Origin: Pseudorhodobacter sp.
GTDB taxonomy: Bacteria > Pseudomonadota > Alphaproteobacteria > Rhodobacterales > Rhodobacteraceae
Assembly: GCA_014378345.1 (NCBI GenBank)
Contig: JACMNW010000052.1
Span: forward strand, 1 to 32,180
DNA length: 32,180 bases
Direction of reading: 5' to 3'
Shown here piece by piece: positions 1 through 10,636 of this stretch; within the stretch, counting starts at the first letter, position 1; each line of letters opens with the position of its first letter. A program made the position numbers and the translations under genes. The notes under the pieces were generated by a model that saw nothing but the letters and a program-made list of their open reading frames with translations, did not search any database and had not been told where the DNA came from.

Positions 1-1020
1 GCAAACGCGGAAACCGGCGGTGCGGTTGTCGGCAGGCCAGACGGCCTTGGTGGGGGCGAACATGCCGATGGTAAAGCGTTTATAGCTGTTGACATAAGGC
101 GCCAGAAACACAGTCATGTCGCGGGCGTAAGCAAGTTGTCCCGCGATGTAGTGTTTCATCAAGGCAGACATTCCGTGTTCGTCGGCGTTATCCGCAAAGG
201 CGGGCTTGCCGTCCAGCGACCACAACGATTGATGCACATGCGACGATGACCCCGCCTTACGGTGATCATATTTCGCCATGAACGTCACAGAACGGCCCTT
301 GGTCCAAGCGATTTCCTTAATGCCGTTTTTGGTGATGGTGTGATTGTCGGCGGTATCGAGCGCATCGGAATAGCGGTAATTTACTTCTTCCTGGCCCGCA
401 TCCGCCTCACCTTTGGAGTTTTCGATGGGGATGCCAGCCGCATAAAGCTCGTTGCGAATGGCGCGCATCACGTCTTCTTCCTTGGTGGTCTGGAAGATGT
501 GGTAATCCTCGTTATAGGCAGAGATCGGTTTCAAGTCTTTAAAATTGCTGTCGCGCAACGCCTCATAACTGTTCTCGAACAGGTAAAATTCCAGCTCCGT
601 CGCCATCATCGCCTCAAACCCCAAGGTGCGGGCGCGTTCCACTTGGCGCTTCAGAATGGCGCGGGGCGAATGGGGGATGGGGTGGTGATGGTGATCGAGC
701 AAATCTGCCAGACACATCGCGGTGCCGGGCAGCCATGGCAAGGGGCGCAATGTGGCAAGATCGGGCTTCATCACATAATCGCCGTAACCGGACTGCCAAT
801 TCGACGATTTGTAACCAGGCACGGTGTTCATTTCCATGTCAACGGCCAGCAGGTAGTTGCAGGAATGGGTTTCTTCATACCCGCCGTTCAGAAAAAACGC
901 GGCATGAAACCGTTTGCCCATCAGGCGGCCCTGCATATCCACTGCGGCCACGATCACGGTATCAATGCTGCCATCTGCGACGGCGGCTTTCAGCGCGTCA
1001 AAGGTCATATTTCCGGGCAT
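1..1020 (-). CDS. glutamine synthetase family protein (GS-like ATP-dependent glutamate-amine ligase); N-terminal 340 codons, C-terminus lies beyond the left window edge
   Basis: Not in the ORF track because no stop lies in the window. Hand translation of the minus strand from ATG at 1018-1020 gives MPGNMTFDALKAAVADGSIDTVIVAAVDMQGRLMGKRFHAAFFLNGGYEETHSCNYLLAVDMEMNTVPGYK...ATELEFYLFE...SSHVHQSLW...NRTAGFRV. These are typical GS beta-grasp and catalytic-domain motifs. The frame is open for all 1020 nt. Confidence 0.85.
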   Translation of the reverse strand, partial: MPGNMTFDALKAAVADGSIDTVIVAAVDMQGRLMGKRFHAAFFLNGGYEETHSCNYLLAVDMEMNTVPGYKSSNWQSGYGDYVMKPDLATLRPLPWLPGTAMCLADLLDHHHHPIPHSPRAILKRQVERARTLGFEAMMATELEFYLFENSYEALRDSNFKDLKPISAYNEDYHIFQTTKEEDVMRAIRNELYAAGIPIENSKGEADAGQEEVNYRYSDALDTADNHTITKNGIKEIAWTKGRSVTFMAKYDHRKAGSSSHVHQSLWSLDGKPAFADNADEHGMSALMKHYIAGQLAYARDMTVFLAPYVNSYKRFTIGMFAPTKAVWPADNRTAGFRVC

Positions 1021-1120
1021 ATCCGGGGTGCTCCATTAAATCTGCCCCAACGTTGTTGGGGTGTTTGGCGTCTCAAAGGGACTTTGCCCTTCACGGAAAT
1101 TTCTACAGCGCTACACGCAA

Positions 1121-1909
1121 TCAGCCCGCTTTCGCCTGCTTTTGAATTTCCACCAATCCCATGTTCAGCACCGGGGCCAACATGTCGGCCATCCGCTGTT
1201 CTGCATCGGGTGACGCAATCAGATCATTGCGAATTTCCAGCATGGCGTTGGGCAGGCCGTACGGCGTGGCCTGCAATCGCAAAGTATGGGTCACATCATC
1301 GGCGGCGGAATAGGGGGCATTCAGTTCGGATCGAAGTTTCGTTTTGGACTGGGCCGCTGAAAGAATGGCGCGGGCCAAGTGATCATCGGCATCATGGATT
1401 ACGCCAAATTCAACGGCTCTGGGCTGACCATGGTAGAGTTTGGTGAAAGAATGGATGGTCACAATAACGGGGGCTAGCCCCAAGGCAATGCGATCGGCGA
1501 TCAGCGCGTGCAAGCCGTTGTGAAACGGTACATAAACCGCTGCGGTGCGGGCGCCACGTTCGGTAGCAGAGATCAATCTGTTACCGGGAATATCATGAAT
1601 TTCAGACCGGGCAGGCATTGCACCGGGCCTATCGGGGGCGCGGTTGCAATCATAGACAAGACGGCTGACGGGGGCGTGTACCAGAACCGCATCCAGATGT
1701 TTTGACAATGCACGCGCCAATCCCAACGCCCCCGGATCCCATGCAATATGGGCACATTTCTGGTCTTGGTTCAGGCCAAGATCACCCCAAGGTGCAGGAA
1801 AAACGTTGGAGGCATGTTCGCAGACCAGCACGAAGCGGCCTCGCGCTGCGGCGTTTTCAACCACTGCGGGAAAAGATGCTACGACACTGGTAGTGATTGG
1901 CGCAGACAC
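1121..1909 (-). CDS. N-formylglutamate amidohydrolase (FGase/HutG-like) family protein
   Basis: 262-aa ORF. The length and motifs (VCEHASN..., VTIHSFT, VEFGVIHD) are typical of the FGase family. It lies 100 nt upstream of, and is co-oriented with, the GS-like gene. Confidence 0.75.
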   Translation of the reverse strand: MSAPITTSVVASFPAVVENAAARGRFVLVCEHASNVFPAPWGDLGLNQDQKCAHIAWDPGALGLARALSKHLDAVLVHAPVSRLVYDCNRAPDRPGAMPARSEIHDIPGNRLISATERGARTAAVYVPFHNGLHALIADRIALGLAPVIVTIHSFTKLYHGQPRAVEFGVIHDADDHLARAILSAAQSKTKLRSELNAPYSAADDVTHTLRLQATPYGLPNAMLEIRNDLIASPDAEQRMADMLAPVLNMGLVEIQKQAKAG

Positions 1910-2093
1910 GGCGCGTGCTTCCCTCTAGGTTCGGTCTAGCGTTCGCTTTTGTCGTCGCTTCTGTCAAGATTATTTCTGCGCCGTGTGCGCTGTTACGATT
2001 ATTTCTGAATTGATTTTGCACTGTGTCGTGTATGGCTTTTATATAAATGGCACGGTGAGGCGAGGTTTGGGGGGTGCGGTGGATTTAGTGCTG

Positions 2094-2948
2094 ATGATCG
2101 AAGACCGCATGCGCGCGGCATTGTCTGACCTGACGCGGGCAGAACGGCAATTGGCCACGCATATTTTGCGGCATTTTCCGGTTGCGGCGCTTGGGTCGAT
2201 AACAGCGCTGGCGAAGGCTGCCGAAGTATCGACACCAACAGTTGTGCGGCTGGTGCAGAAACTGGGGTTCAAAGGCTATCCTGATTATCAACATGCGCTG
2301 CGCGGCGAGGTGGGGGCGATGCTGATGTCGCCCCTGGCCAAGCATGATCGTTGGGCGGGCGGCGTGCCCGACACGCATATCCTGAACCGGTTTGCCGATG
2401 CTGTTGTGGCCAATTTGCAGGCAACTCTTGGCCAGATTGACCATGCGGAATTTGATGCCACAGCGGCGCTGTTGGCCGACCCGGCGCGACGGGTGTTTGC
2501 CATGGGCGGGCGGATTACGCATGCCCTTGCCGATTACTTCGTGACGTTGATGAAAGTGGTGCGGCCTGACGTAACTTTGCTATCGGACCAATCATCGGCA
2601 TGGCCGCCTGCGCTCCTGGATATGGTGGCAGGGGATATCGTTTTGGTTTTCGACATTCGCCGCTATGAAAATTCGGTGCTGCAAGTGGTCGAAATGGCCG
2701 TGGCGCAGGGGGCAGAGGTGATTGTGATCACGGATCGCTGGATATCGCCCGCAGCCAGCCATGCGCGGCATACCCTGTCTTGCCATATTGAAGCGCCGTC
2801 GGCTTGGGATTCGACCGTATCCATTCTGGTGCTGGTGGAAACCTTGCTGGCCGGCGTGCAGGATTTGACTTGGGACAAGACCGAGGGCCGCATGAAGCGG
2901 CTGGAAGACCTTTACGCGCAATCACGGGTGTTTCGGCGGCATCGCTAG
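2094..2948 (+). CDS. MurR/RpiR family transcriptional regulator (HTH + SIS domain)
   Basis: The ORF is 1983-2948. The sequence from the internal Met at 2094 (MIEDRMRAALSDLTRAERQLATHILRHFP...AKAAEVSTPTVVRLVQKLGFKGY) matches an RpiR-type HTH, followed by an SIS-like segment (VFAMGGRITHALADYF...IVLVFDIRRY). The residues before 2094 look non-protein-like. It is divergent from the FGase gene. Confidence 0.85.
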   Translation: MIEDRMRAALSDLTRAERQLATHILRHFPVAALGSITALAKAAEVSTPTVVRLVQKLGFKGYPDYQHALRGEVGAMLMSPLAKHDRWAGGVPDTHILNRFADAVVANLQATLGQIDHAEFDATAALLADPARRVFAMGGRITHALADYFVTLMKVVRPDVTLLSDQSSAWPPALLDMVAGDIVLVFDIRRYENSVLQVVEMAVAQGAEVIVITDRWISPAASHARHTLSCHIEAPSAWDSTVSILVLVETLLAGVQDLTWDKTEGRMKRLEDLYAQSRVFRRHR

Positions 2949-3017
2949 GCCTTTGTGGCGGGATGACGCGGCAAACAAGATGCGTGTTTGGGCGACAGAA
3001 AAGCGGCAAGCGCAGGG

Positions 3018-3947
3018 CTAATATCCACGGGCGCGGTCAACGAGGTGCAGAAACGGAAGGCCTGCCTCACCGCGATGGATATTTTCTGCGATCACGCTGG
3101 CAGCACTTTCCGACCTCGTGTCGGCAGCGATATGCGGGGTTACGGTGATGCGCGGGCTTGCCCAAAACGGGTGATCTTGGGGCAGCGGTTCTTGGCGGAA
3201 AACATCGAGTGTTGCGTGGCCAAGCCGCCCGGATGACAGTTCCGCAAGAAGAGCTGCGTCGTCTATCAGTGCGCCGCGACCGGGGTTTAGGATGACTGCG
3301 CCGTCTGGCAGCAGGGCAAGGGTGCGGGCGTTCAGCAGGTTTTCGGTATCGGGCGTTTTGGGCAGCAGCAAGACGACGATTTGCGCTGTTTGCAGAACCT
3401 GTGTGAGCCCATCCGTGCCATTCAGGCAGGGGATACGGTCTACGGCTTTTTCAGTGCGGCTCCACCCGGTGACCGGGAAATTCAGGGCCGCAAGTGCCTG
3501 CGCGCAGGCGGTGCCAAGGGCCCCCATGCCCAGCATCGCGACAGGTCTTTCGCGCGCCAAGGGCGGTACGGTCGCGTCCCAGATATGATCGGGATTGTTG
3601 ATATGGCGGTCCATTCCCAGATGGTGGCGCAGGGTGTGGCCTACCACCCATTCAACCATGCCTTCCGTCAGGGCAGGGTCTACCATGCGGCACAAAGGTT
3701 GGGAAAGGCTGGCATTGCCAACGATCCGTTCCACCCCCGCCCAAAGGCTAAGCACGGCTTTGCAGCGGGTGTAGGGGGTGAAGTCCTGCAATGGGCTGGA
3801 GGGGGCGTATATGATGTAATCGACCTGTGCCGGATCAGCGGTTTGCACAAGATTGGCCTTGATATTCGAACGCTTCAGCGCGGCTTCAAGTGTGACGTGG
3901 TATTCACCCCACACGGCGGGGGCGGCAAACAGGATGGTCAGGGACAT
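3018..3947 (-). CDS. D-isomer-specific 2-hydroxyacid dehydrogenase (glyoxylate/hydroxypyruvate reductase A-like)
   Basis: 309-aa ORF with an NAD-binding GxGxxG (LGMGALGTACAQAL) and the catalytic-region pattern NPGRG...DV...EPLP...HP...TPHIA typical of this family. Confidence 0.85.
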   Translation of the reverse strand: MSLTILFAAPAVWGEYHVTLEAALKRSNIKANLVQTADPAQVDYIIYAPSSPLQDFTPYTRCKAVLSLWAGVERIVGNASLSQPLCRMVDPALTEGMVEWVVGHTLRHHLGMDRHINNPDHIWDATVPPLARERPVAMLGMGALGTACAQALAALNFPVTGWSRTEKAVDRIPCLNGTDGLTQVLQTAQIVVLLLPKTPDTENLLNARTLALLPDGAVILNPGRGALIDDAALLAELSSGRLGHATLDVFRQEPLPQDHPFWASPRITVTPHIAADTRSESAASVIAENIHRGEAGLPFLHLVDRARGY

Positions 3948-4012
3948 TGGCGCGCTCCGGTCAAGGCATGGTGCGGTGATAAAGCGGCGTAGGGCCCGTG
4001 TCCACCAAGGGG

Positions 4013-4639
4013 TCAGGACCCCAAAACCAGGCCTGCGTTGACCGCAAGTGCGAGGATTATGGCATTGTAGAAAAACGCACCAATCGCGTGCGCCAGGACC
4101 ATCTTGCGAATGCGGATATCAGACACAGTGACGTCGGACACTTGCGCCGTCATGCCGATGCCAAATGAGAAATACAGGAAATCCCAGATGCCGGGCTTAT
4201 CGGCTCCCGGAAAGATCAATCCAGCGCCAGAGTTGTTCGCATAAAACAAATGTGAATAGCGAAAGGCGGCAAGGGTATGGATGGTGGCCCAGCCCAACGG
4301 CACGGCGGATAATGCCAGCGCGGCCTGCCAAACTGCGGTTTCATGCGCGCGTAACACCCAGATGATGCCAGCCAAACTGATTACCACCGCACCTATGGCC
4401 AATGAAACGATGAAAATGATCCCTTCATCATCAATTTCTGCATGGTGCTGCAAATCATCGGCAGAGGTTGTGGCCGCCAAACGCAAGGTCAAGCCGAGAT
4501 AGGTTAGAAAAAACCCGTTTGCCCCAACCAGCGCTTGCATTTGCCACGCCGCGACCAGCGACGCGGATACGATGGCGAGGCCGCCGCCAAGGGCGAATGC
4601 GAAAAGAAACCTTGCGTGCCGCGCGAAGCTGTTCGTCAT
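4013..4639 (-). CDS. DUF1345 family integral membrane protein
   Basis: 208-aa ORF with several hydrophobic helices. The C-terminal signature YFSFGIGMTAQVSDVTV...ILALAVN is as I recall it for DUF1345 proteins. It starts 12 nt after the rodA stop. Confidence 0.7.
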   Translation of the reverse strand: MTNSFARHARFLFAFALGGGLAIVSASLVAAWQMQALVGANGFFLTYLGLTLRLAATTSADDLQHHAEIDDEGIIFIVSLAIGAVVISLAGIIWVLRAHETAVWQAALALSAVPLGWATIHTLAAFRYSHLFYANNSGAGLIFPGADKPGIWDFLYFSFGIGMTAQVSDVTVSDIRIRKMVLAHAIGAFFYNAIILALAVNAGLVLGS

Positions 4640-4651
4640 GGGGTATGGTGC

Positions 4652-5791
4652 CTATCTTGGGCGATGGACATGGGCGGATTGGACCAACCCGAAGGCCACC
4701 AAAAGCACCAGCATCGCCGAGCCGCCGTAAGAGACCAGAGGCAATGGCACGCCCACAACAGGGGCCAAGCCCATCACCATGGACAGGTTGACGGCGAGGT
4801 AGAAGAAGAAATTGCCCGCCACCCCAAGGATCAGCAAAGATGAGAAGCGATCTTTGTTTTGCATGGCAGAAAAGATGCAGAAAAAAATCACGAGGGCGTA
4901 AAGCGCCAGCAACGAAAATGCGCCAATAAAGCCAAACTCTTCGGCCAGCGTGGTGAAGATAAAATCCGTGTGCTTTTCGGGAAGAAAATTAAGCCGCGAC
5001 TGAGTGCCTTGCATGAAGCCTTTGCCAGACCAACCGCCAGACCCCAGCGCAATCTTGGCTTGAATGATGTTGTAGCCCGCGCCTAACGGATCAGCAGTGG
5101 GATCAAGAAACGTATCGATCCGGCGGTACTGATAATCTTTCAGAAACTGCCAAGGGGTGCCACGTGCCGCAAACACCGCCGTTATAGCCCCGATACCCAG
5201 CAGGGCGACGCCACCGAAATACCAAAGGCTGACACCTGCGCAAAACATCACGGCAGCGCCGCCCATCAGCAGCATCAAAGATGTCCCCAAGTTGGGCTGA
5301 ATAAAGACCAAAAATGTGGGCGCAATGATCATCAAGACAGGGATCAGCACATAGAGCGGACGCGAGGTAAGCTTGATATCCAACCAATCGTAATACGCCG
5401 CAAGCATTACCACCAGTGCGACCTTCATCAGCTCTGACGGTTGCAATCGCATGAAACCAAGGTCAATCCAGCGTTGCGCGCCCATTCCGACAGTACCGAA
5501 AAATTCAACGATCAGTAGCAGTATGAATGACACTAGGTAGAACAGGCCCGCCATGTTGCGCCAAAACCAAATTGGCACAAGACCGATGCCGAACAGCAAA
5601 AACATGCCAATGCCAAAGCGTTTCATTTGCGGTTCGGCCCAAAGACCCATTTTGCCGCCGGCAACAGAATAAAGCATCAAAAAGCCAACAGATGACACTG
5701 CGGCTATCAGTAAAATCAGTGCCCAGTTCAGGTGCAATATCTTGCGAAAACCAACAGGAACTGTTTTCAGGCGATATTCAAGAAAGCTCAT
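4652..5791 (-). CDS. rodA: rod shape-determining SEDS glycosyltransferase RodA
   Basis: 379-aa polytopic ORF of the FtsW/RodA family (…GAQRWI…FQPSELMK…, LPEKHTDFIF, GVPLPLVSYGGS). ATGA start/stop overlap with mrdA. It is the last gene of the mre operon. Confidence 0.95.
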   Translation of the reverse strand: MSFLEYRLKTVPVGFRKILHLNWALILLIAAVSSVGFLMLYSVAGGKMGLWAEPQMKRFGIGMFLLFGIGLVPIWFWRNMAGLFYLVSFILLLIVEFFGTVGMGAQRWIDLGFMRLQPSELMKVALVVMLAAYYDWLDIKLTSRPLYVLIPVLMIIAPTFLVFIQPNLGTSLMLLMGGAAVMFCAGVSLWYFGGVALLGIGAITAVFAARGTPWQFLKDYQYRRIDTFLDPTADPLGAGYNIIQAKIALGSGGWSGKGFMQGTQSRLNFLPEKHTDFIFTTLAEEFGFIGAFSLLALYALVIFFCIFSAMQNKDRFSSLLILGVAGNFFFYLAVNLSMVMGLAPVVGVPLPLVSYGGSAMLVLLVAFGLVQSAHVHRPR

Positions 5792-7746
5792 CCCGTGGCC
5801 CCCTGTGTCCCGGGTTTGCCAGCCCCTGTGCTGGTCGAAAGGCGCAGCTTAAGCTCGTTCTGTTCGGTCTCGATGCGGCTGCGCTGGGCGGTTGGGTAGG
5901 CATCAAGCGGGGGCATCCCGCCGCTCATTGCCCGCAGCAGCATGTCACGCGCAATCGGTGCCGCAACGGCAGATCCACCGCCGCCATGTTCAACAACCAC
6001 CGAGACGGCATATTTTGGGGCCTCGTACGGGGCGAAGGCCACGAACAACGCATGGTCGCGGCGTTTCCATGGCAGATCGGCATTTGCCACGACCCCACCT
6101 GCACGTTCTGACGCAGAAATGTTACGCACCTGGCTGGTGCCGGTTTTACCGGCCATTTCCATGGATGGCGCGGCGATGCGGGCGGATTTGGCGGTGCCGC
6201 GTTCGCTGTTGACGACCGCGAACATACCAGCGCGGATCGCCCGCAGGCTTGACCCCCCGATGCCAAGATTGGGCGCTTCGACAATGGGCACCGTTTCGCC
6301 ATCAACGGAATGAATTAGTCGCGGCGCTATCGCACGCCCGCTGGCAACGCGTGCGGCCATTACGGCCAACTGCAAAGGTGTGGTCAGCACATAGCCCTGC
6401 CCGATAGAGGCGTTGATAGTATCGCCGATGCGCCAGTCTGTTTGGTAGCTTTCTTGTTTCCAGGCCTTGTTTGGCATGACGCCTTCGCTGATTGCAGACA
6501 TGGGCAAATCATGGCGTTGCCCCATCCCCAAAAGGCGGCCCATCTCAGCGATTTTGTCGATGCCAACCTTTTGGGCAATCTCATAATAGAAAACATCACA
6601 GCTTTCTTGCAGTGACCGTTCCAAATTCACCGTTCCATGCCCACCACGCTTCCAGCAGTGAAATTTGGTACCGCCAAATTCGATATATCCCGGACAGCGC
6701 ACTTTGGTATCAAGGGTGATCATGCCTGCCTCTAGGGCAGCAAGGGCTGTAACAAGTTTAAATGTCGATCCGGGCGGATAGGCCCCTTGCACCGCTTTGT
6801 TTGCAAGGGGTCGGTGATCATTCTCAGTCAGTGCGGTATAGTCCTTTTGGCTGATGCCGCGCACAAAAAGGTTAGGGTCAAAGCCGGGAGATGACGCGAT
6901 AGCCAGCAAATCACCGTTGGTCACATCCATCACCACGGCCGCGGCGCTTTCGTTCCCCAAGCGCGCCTGAACATAGTTTTGTACATCTACATCCAGCGTC
7001 AGGCGAATATCGGCACCGGGGATGCCGTCTTTGCGTTCCAGCTCTCGCATCACACGGCCGACCGAGTTAACTTCAATCCGCTTGTTGCCCGCAGATCCGC
7101 GCAATGTGTCTTCCATCCAGCGTTCCACGCCGATTTTACCGATCTGGAATTTTGGGATTTGCAGCACCGGGTCTGGATCTGTGACACCTTCCAGATCTTT
7201 TTCGCTAACCGGGCCCACATAACCCACAACATGTGCAAAATCCTGCTGGGTCGGATACTGCCGTGAAAGGCCCACTTCAGGCGATACGCCCGGCAAGGTT
7301 GGGGCGTTCAGCGCGATTTTGGACAGGTCATCCCAACTTAGGCGGTCTGAAACGATGATGGGCACAAATGGGCTGGTGCGGTCTGTTTCTTTTACGGTGC
7401 GTGCAATATCCTCGGGTGAAAGCGGAATAAGCTTGGACAGTCTTTGCAAGACCAATGCGACATCACCTGCGTCTTCGCGCGTGATTACCACACGATAGTT
7501 TTGCTCGTTGCCGGCAATCAACTTACCATTGCGATCTTCAATCAGGCCACGTGACGGCGGGATAAGGCGAATGTTGATCCGGTTTTCTTCGGCAAGAAGA
7601 CGAAACTGATCGGCCTGATCCACCTGCATGTACCGCATCCGCGCGCCCAAAACAGCCACCATGGCGGCCATGCCACCGCCCAGCATCAAGGCACGCTTGG
7701 TGATCTTGCGTGCAGATTCGTCCAGATCTTTTGGCGACCTCCTCAA
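5788..7746 (-). CDS. mrdA: penicillin-binding protein 2 (elongasome transpeptidase)
   Basis: 652-aa ORF with an N-terminal TM anchor and the transpeptidase motifs STFK (PPGSTFKLVT), SxN region and KTGT (AGKTGTSQV). It sits between mreD and rodA. Confidence 0.95.
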   Translation of the reverse strand: MRRSPKDLDESARKITKRALMLGGGMAAMVAVLGARMRYMQVDQADQFRLLAEENRINIRLIPPSRGLIEDRNGKLIAGNEQNYRVVITREDAGDVALVLQRLSKLIPLSPEDIARTVKETDRTSPFVPIIVSDRLSWDDLSKIALNAPTLPGVSPEVGLSRQYPTQQDFAHVVGYVGPVSEKDLEGVTDPDPVLQIPKFQIGKIGVERWMEDTLRGSAGNKRIEVNSVGRVMRELERKDGIPGADIRLTLDVDVQNYVQARLGNESAAAVVMDVTNGDLLAIASSPGFDPNLFVRGISQKDYTALTENDHRPLANKAVQGAYPPGSTFKLVTALAALEAGMITLDTKVRCPGYIEFGGTKFHCWKRGGHGTVNLERSLQESCDVFYYEIAQKVGIDKIAEMGRLLGMGQRHDLPMSAISEGVMPNKAWKQESYQTDWRIGDTINASIGQGYVLTTPLQLAVMAARVASGRAIAPRLIHSVDGETVPIVEAPNLGIGGSSLRAIRAGMFAVVNSERGTAKSARIAAPSMEMAGKTGTSQVRNISASERAGGVVANADLPWKRRDHALFVAFAPYEAPKYAVSVVVEHGGGGSAVAAPIARDMLLRAMSGGMPPLDAYPTAQRSRIETEQNELKLRLSTSTGAGKPGTQGATG

Positions 7747-8291
7747 AGTCGTCGTCCCATCGCATCCAGTTCGCCCATTGCAGGCTTGCGCAAATCAAGT
7801 GTCGCACGAAATACCATCACCACAAAAGGGTAGCACAAAATTGACCAAAGCGTTTGGGTCAAAGCAAAGCCAAAGACGGGCTGCGGCAAGAACGTGATTG
7901 CAAAAAATACCCGGTTCGCCACCAATAGACCAATCATCAGGCCCGCGATCAGCATCCATTCCACAGCAAAACTAAGTTCCCGCGTAAGTGCCGCCCGGGA
8001 CCTTAAAAATTCGGTCGCCAGAACAACAAGGGCTGTCCACAACCCTAGTGGCCGCATCAGCAAGATATCTTCCAAAAACACGATTGCTGTAATCATCATC
8101 ACGGGCAAGTATTCTGGCCGCCGCATGACCCATGCCAAGATGATACATAGCAAAAGATCAGGCCCGGGAAGGTGGCCGGGGACAGAGCTTAGGGGTAGCA
8201 AGCGAACAAACAACAAAAAGAATGCCAGCAGGATAAAAATCCCCCTGTAAAGCCAAACATTTTTACCAATGTTTTCAGCCACCTGTGTCAC
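7743..8291 (-). CDS. mreD: rod shape-determining protein MreD
   Basis: 182-aa very hydrophobic ORF between mreC and mrdA, overlapping both neighbours. Its position and size fit MreD. Confidence 0.85.
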   Translation of the reverse strand: MTQVAENIGKNVWLYRGIFILLAFFLLFVRLLPLSSVPGHLPGPDLLLCIILAWVMRRPEYLPVMMITAIVFLEDILLMRPLGLWTALVVLATEFLRSRAALTRELSFAVEWMLIAGLMIGLLVANRVFFAITFLPQPVFGFALTQTLWSILCYPFVVMVFRATLDLRKPAMGELDAMGRRL

Positions 8292-9288
8292 CCTGCGGTA
8301 TCACGGCACTTGGGTCACTTTCCCCCGGATCGCCATTGATTACATCTGTCGTCGTGCCGCCAGCGGGCGTTAATATTGGTGCATCTGGCGCCGGTCCTTC
8401 GGCAAGTGGGGTAGGAACTGCGGGCGGCAACGGTGGCCCTACTATCCCGCCAGAATTTGTGATTGGTGCCAGATCATGGCTGCGCAAAACACGCAAAAAC
8501 TCTAGTCGGCCATAGTCTGCAGACAGCAGCACACGCAGGCGTTTATCGCTGCCAAGGGCAACTTGCCCGACTAACAAATCAGCCGGAAATACGCCACCGT
8601 CGCCCGACGTAACCACACGGTCGCCGGGACGTACCTGATCTTGATCTTCAATAAAATCCAGCGGTGGCAAGGTTGAGTTATCGCCAGATAGTAATGCTTT
8701 TTGCCCAGAGGGTTGAATTGTTACCGGAATCCGACTGTTGCTGTCTGTCAATAAGATAACACGGCTGGTGGTTGGGCCAACACCTGCAATCCGGCCCACC
8801 AAGCCAATTCCGTCCATCGTCGCCCAACCATCCAGAATTCCATCGCGTTCCCCAACGTTCAAAAGCACCGATTGCCGGAACGGAGAACCGGAATCCGCAA
8901 GAACAATGCCGGTAACATGGGTAAACTTGGGGTCCAGCCGCACCTGATTGAGGTCAAGAAGGCGGGCGTTTTTCTGTTCCAACTGAAGGGCGGCTTCTTT
9001 CCATGCCTTCATCTGTTGCAATTCACGGCGTAATTCTTGATTTTGTTCGTAGATGCGCGTGTAGGATTGAAAGTCGTCAATCATGGCCGCAGCTTTGGTC
9101 ACCGGAAGAAGCGCCCAATCAAAGCTTGGCACTACCTTGTCAACCAATACAGCACGGAACCGTTCCATCCTTGGGCTGTCTACGCGCCACAACAGAAAAA
9201 TTGCCAACAACAGCAGAACCAGAAGACCCACCATAATCCTGCGGACTGGGCGACCAAATTCTTCGGGTCCGGTGCGGGTTTTTGCCAC
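8275..9288 (-). CDS. mreC: rod shape-determining protein MreC (with Pro-rich C-terminal tail)
   Basis: 337-aa ORF with an N-terminal TM, a coiled-coil (ENQELRRELQQMKAWKEAALQLEQKNARL) and a beta-barrel core (GLVGRI...SRVILLTD). It lies immediately downstream of mreB. Confidence 0.9.
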   Translation of the reverse strand: MAKTRTGPEEFGRPVRRIMVGLLVLLLLAIFLLWRVDSPRMERFRAVLVDKVVPSFDWALLPVTKAAAMIDDFQSYTRIYEQNQELRRELQQMKAWKEAALQLEQKNARLLDLNQVRLDPKFTHVTGIVLADSGSPFRQSVLLNVGERDGILDGWATMDGIGLVGRIAGVGPTTSRVILLTDSNSRIPVTIQPSGQKALLSGDNSTLPPLDFIEDQDQVRPGDRVVTSGDGGVFPADLLVGQVALGSDKRLRVLLSADYGRLEFLRVLRSHDLAPITNSGGIVGPPLPPAVPTPLAEGPAPDAPILTPAGGTTTDVINGDPGESDPSAVIPQGDTGG

Positions 9289-9341
9289 GGCTGCCTCAGT
9301 CTACAAAACTCTTGGGCGGATGGCCAAAGCGGGCCCCATGC

Positions 9342-10412
<1,071 letters not shown>

Positions 10413-10636
10413 TCACGTCCCGACTCGCGACACAGCGCAAGCGCAAGCATATAGGCCCGACGCTGCATAAGGGGAAGGGTCTTGGCAAGCACCTTGGGCA
10501 CGTTGGCGCCGGAAGGTTTGCCGAAACCGGCTTGCAGCCAATTTCGATTTTTGCAGGAATGTTGGCAAAGATCAAAGATGAGGCAATTCAAATAAACAAG
10601 CGTATCACCGATGTTCGATAAATCCAGATCAGCCAT

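Noticed and set aside
262-1446. 394-aa plus-strand ORF, the longest ORF in the track at the left end
   Set aside because: It lies antisense to the GS-like and FGase-like genes, whose translations carry clear family motifs. Its own sequence is Arg/Gly/His-rich with low complexity, typical of a GC-rich shadow frame.
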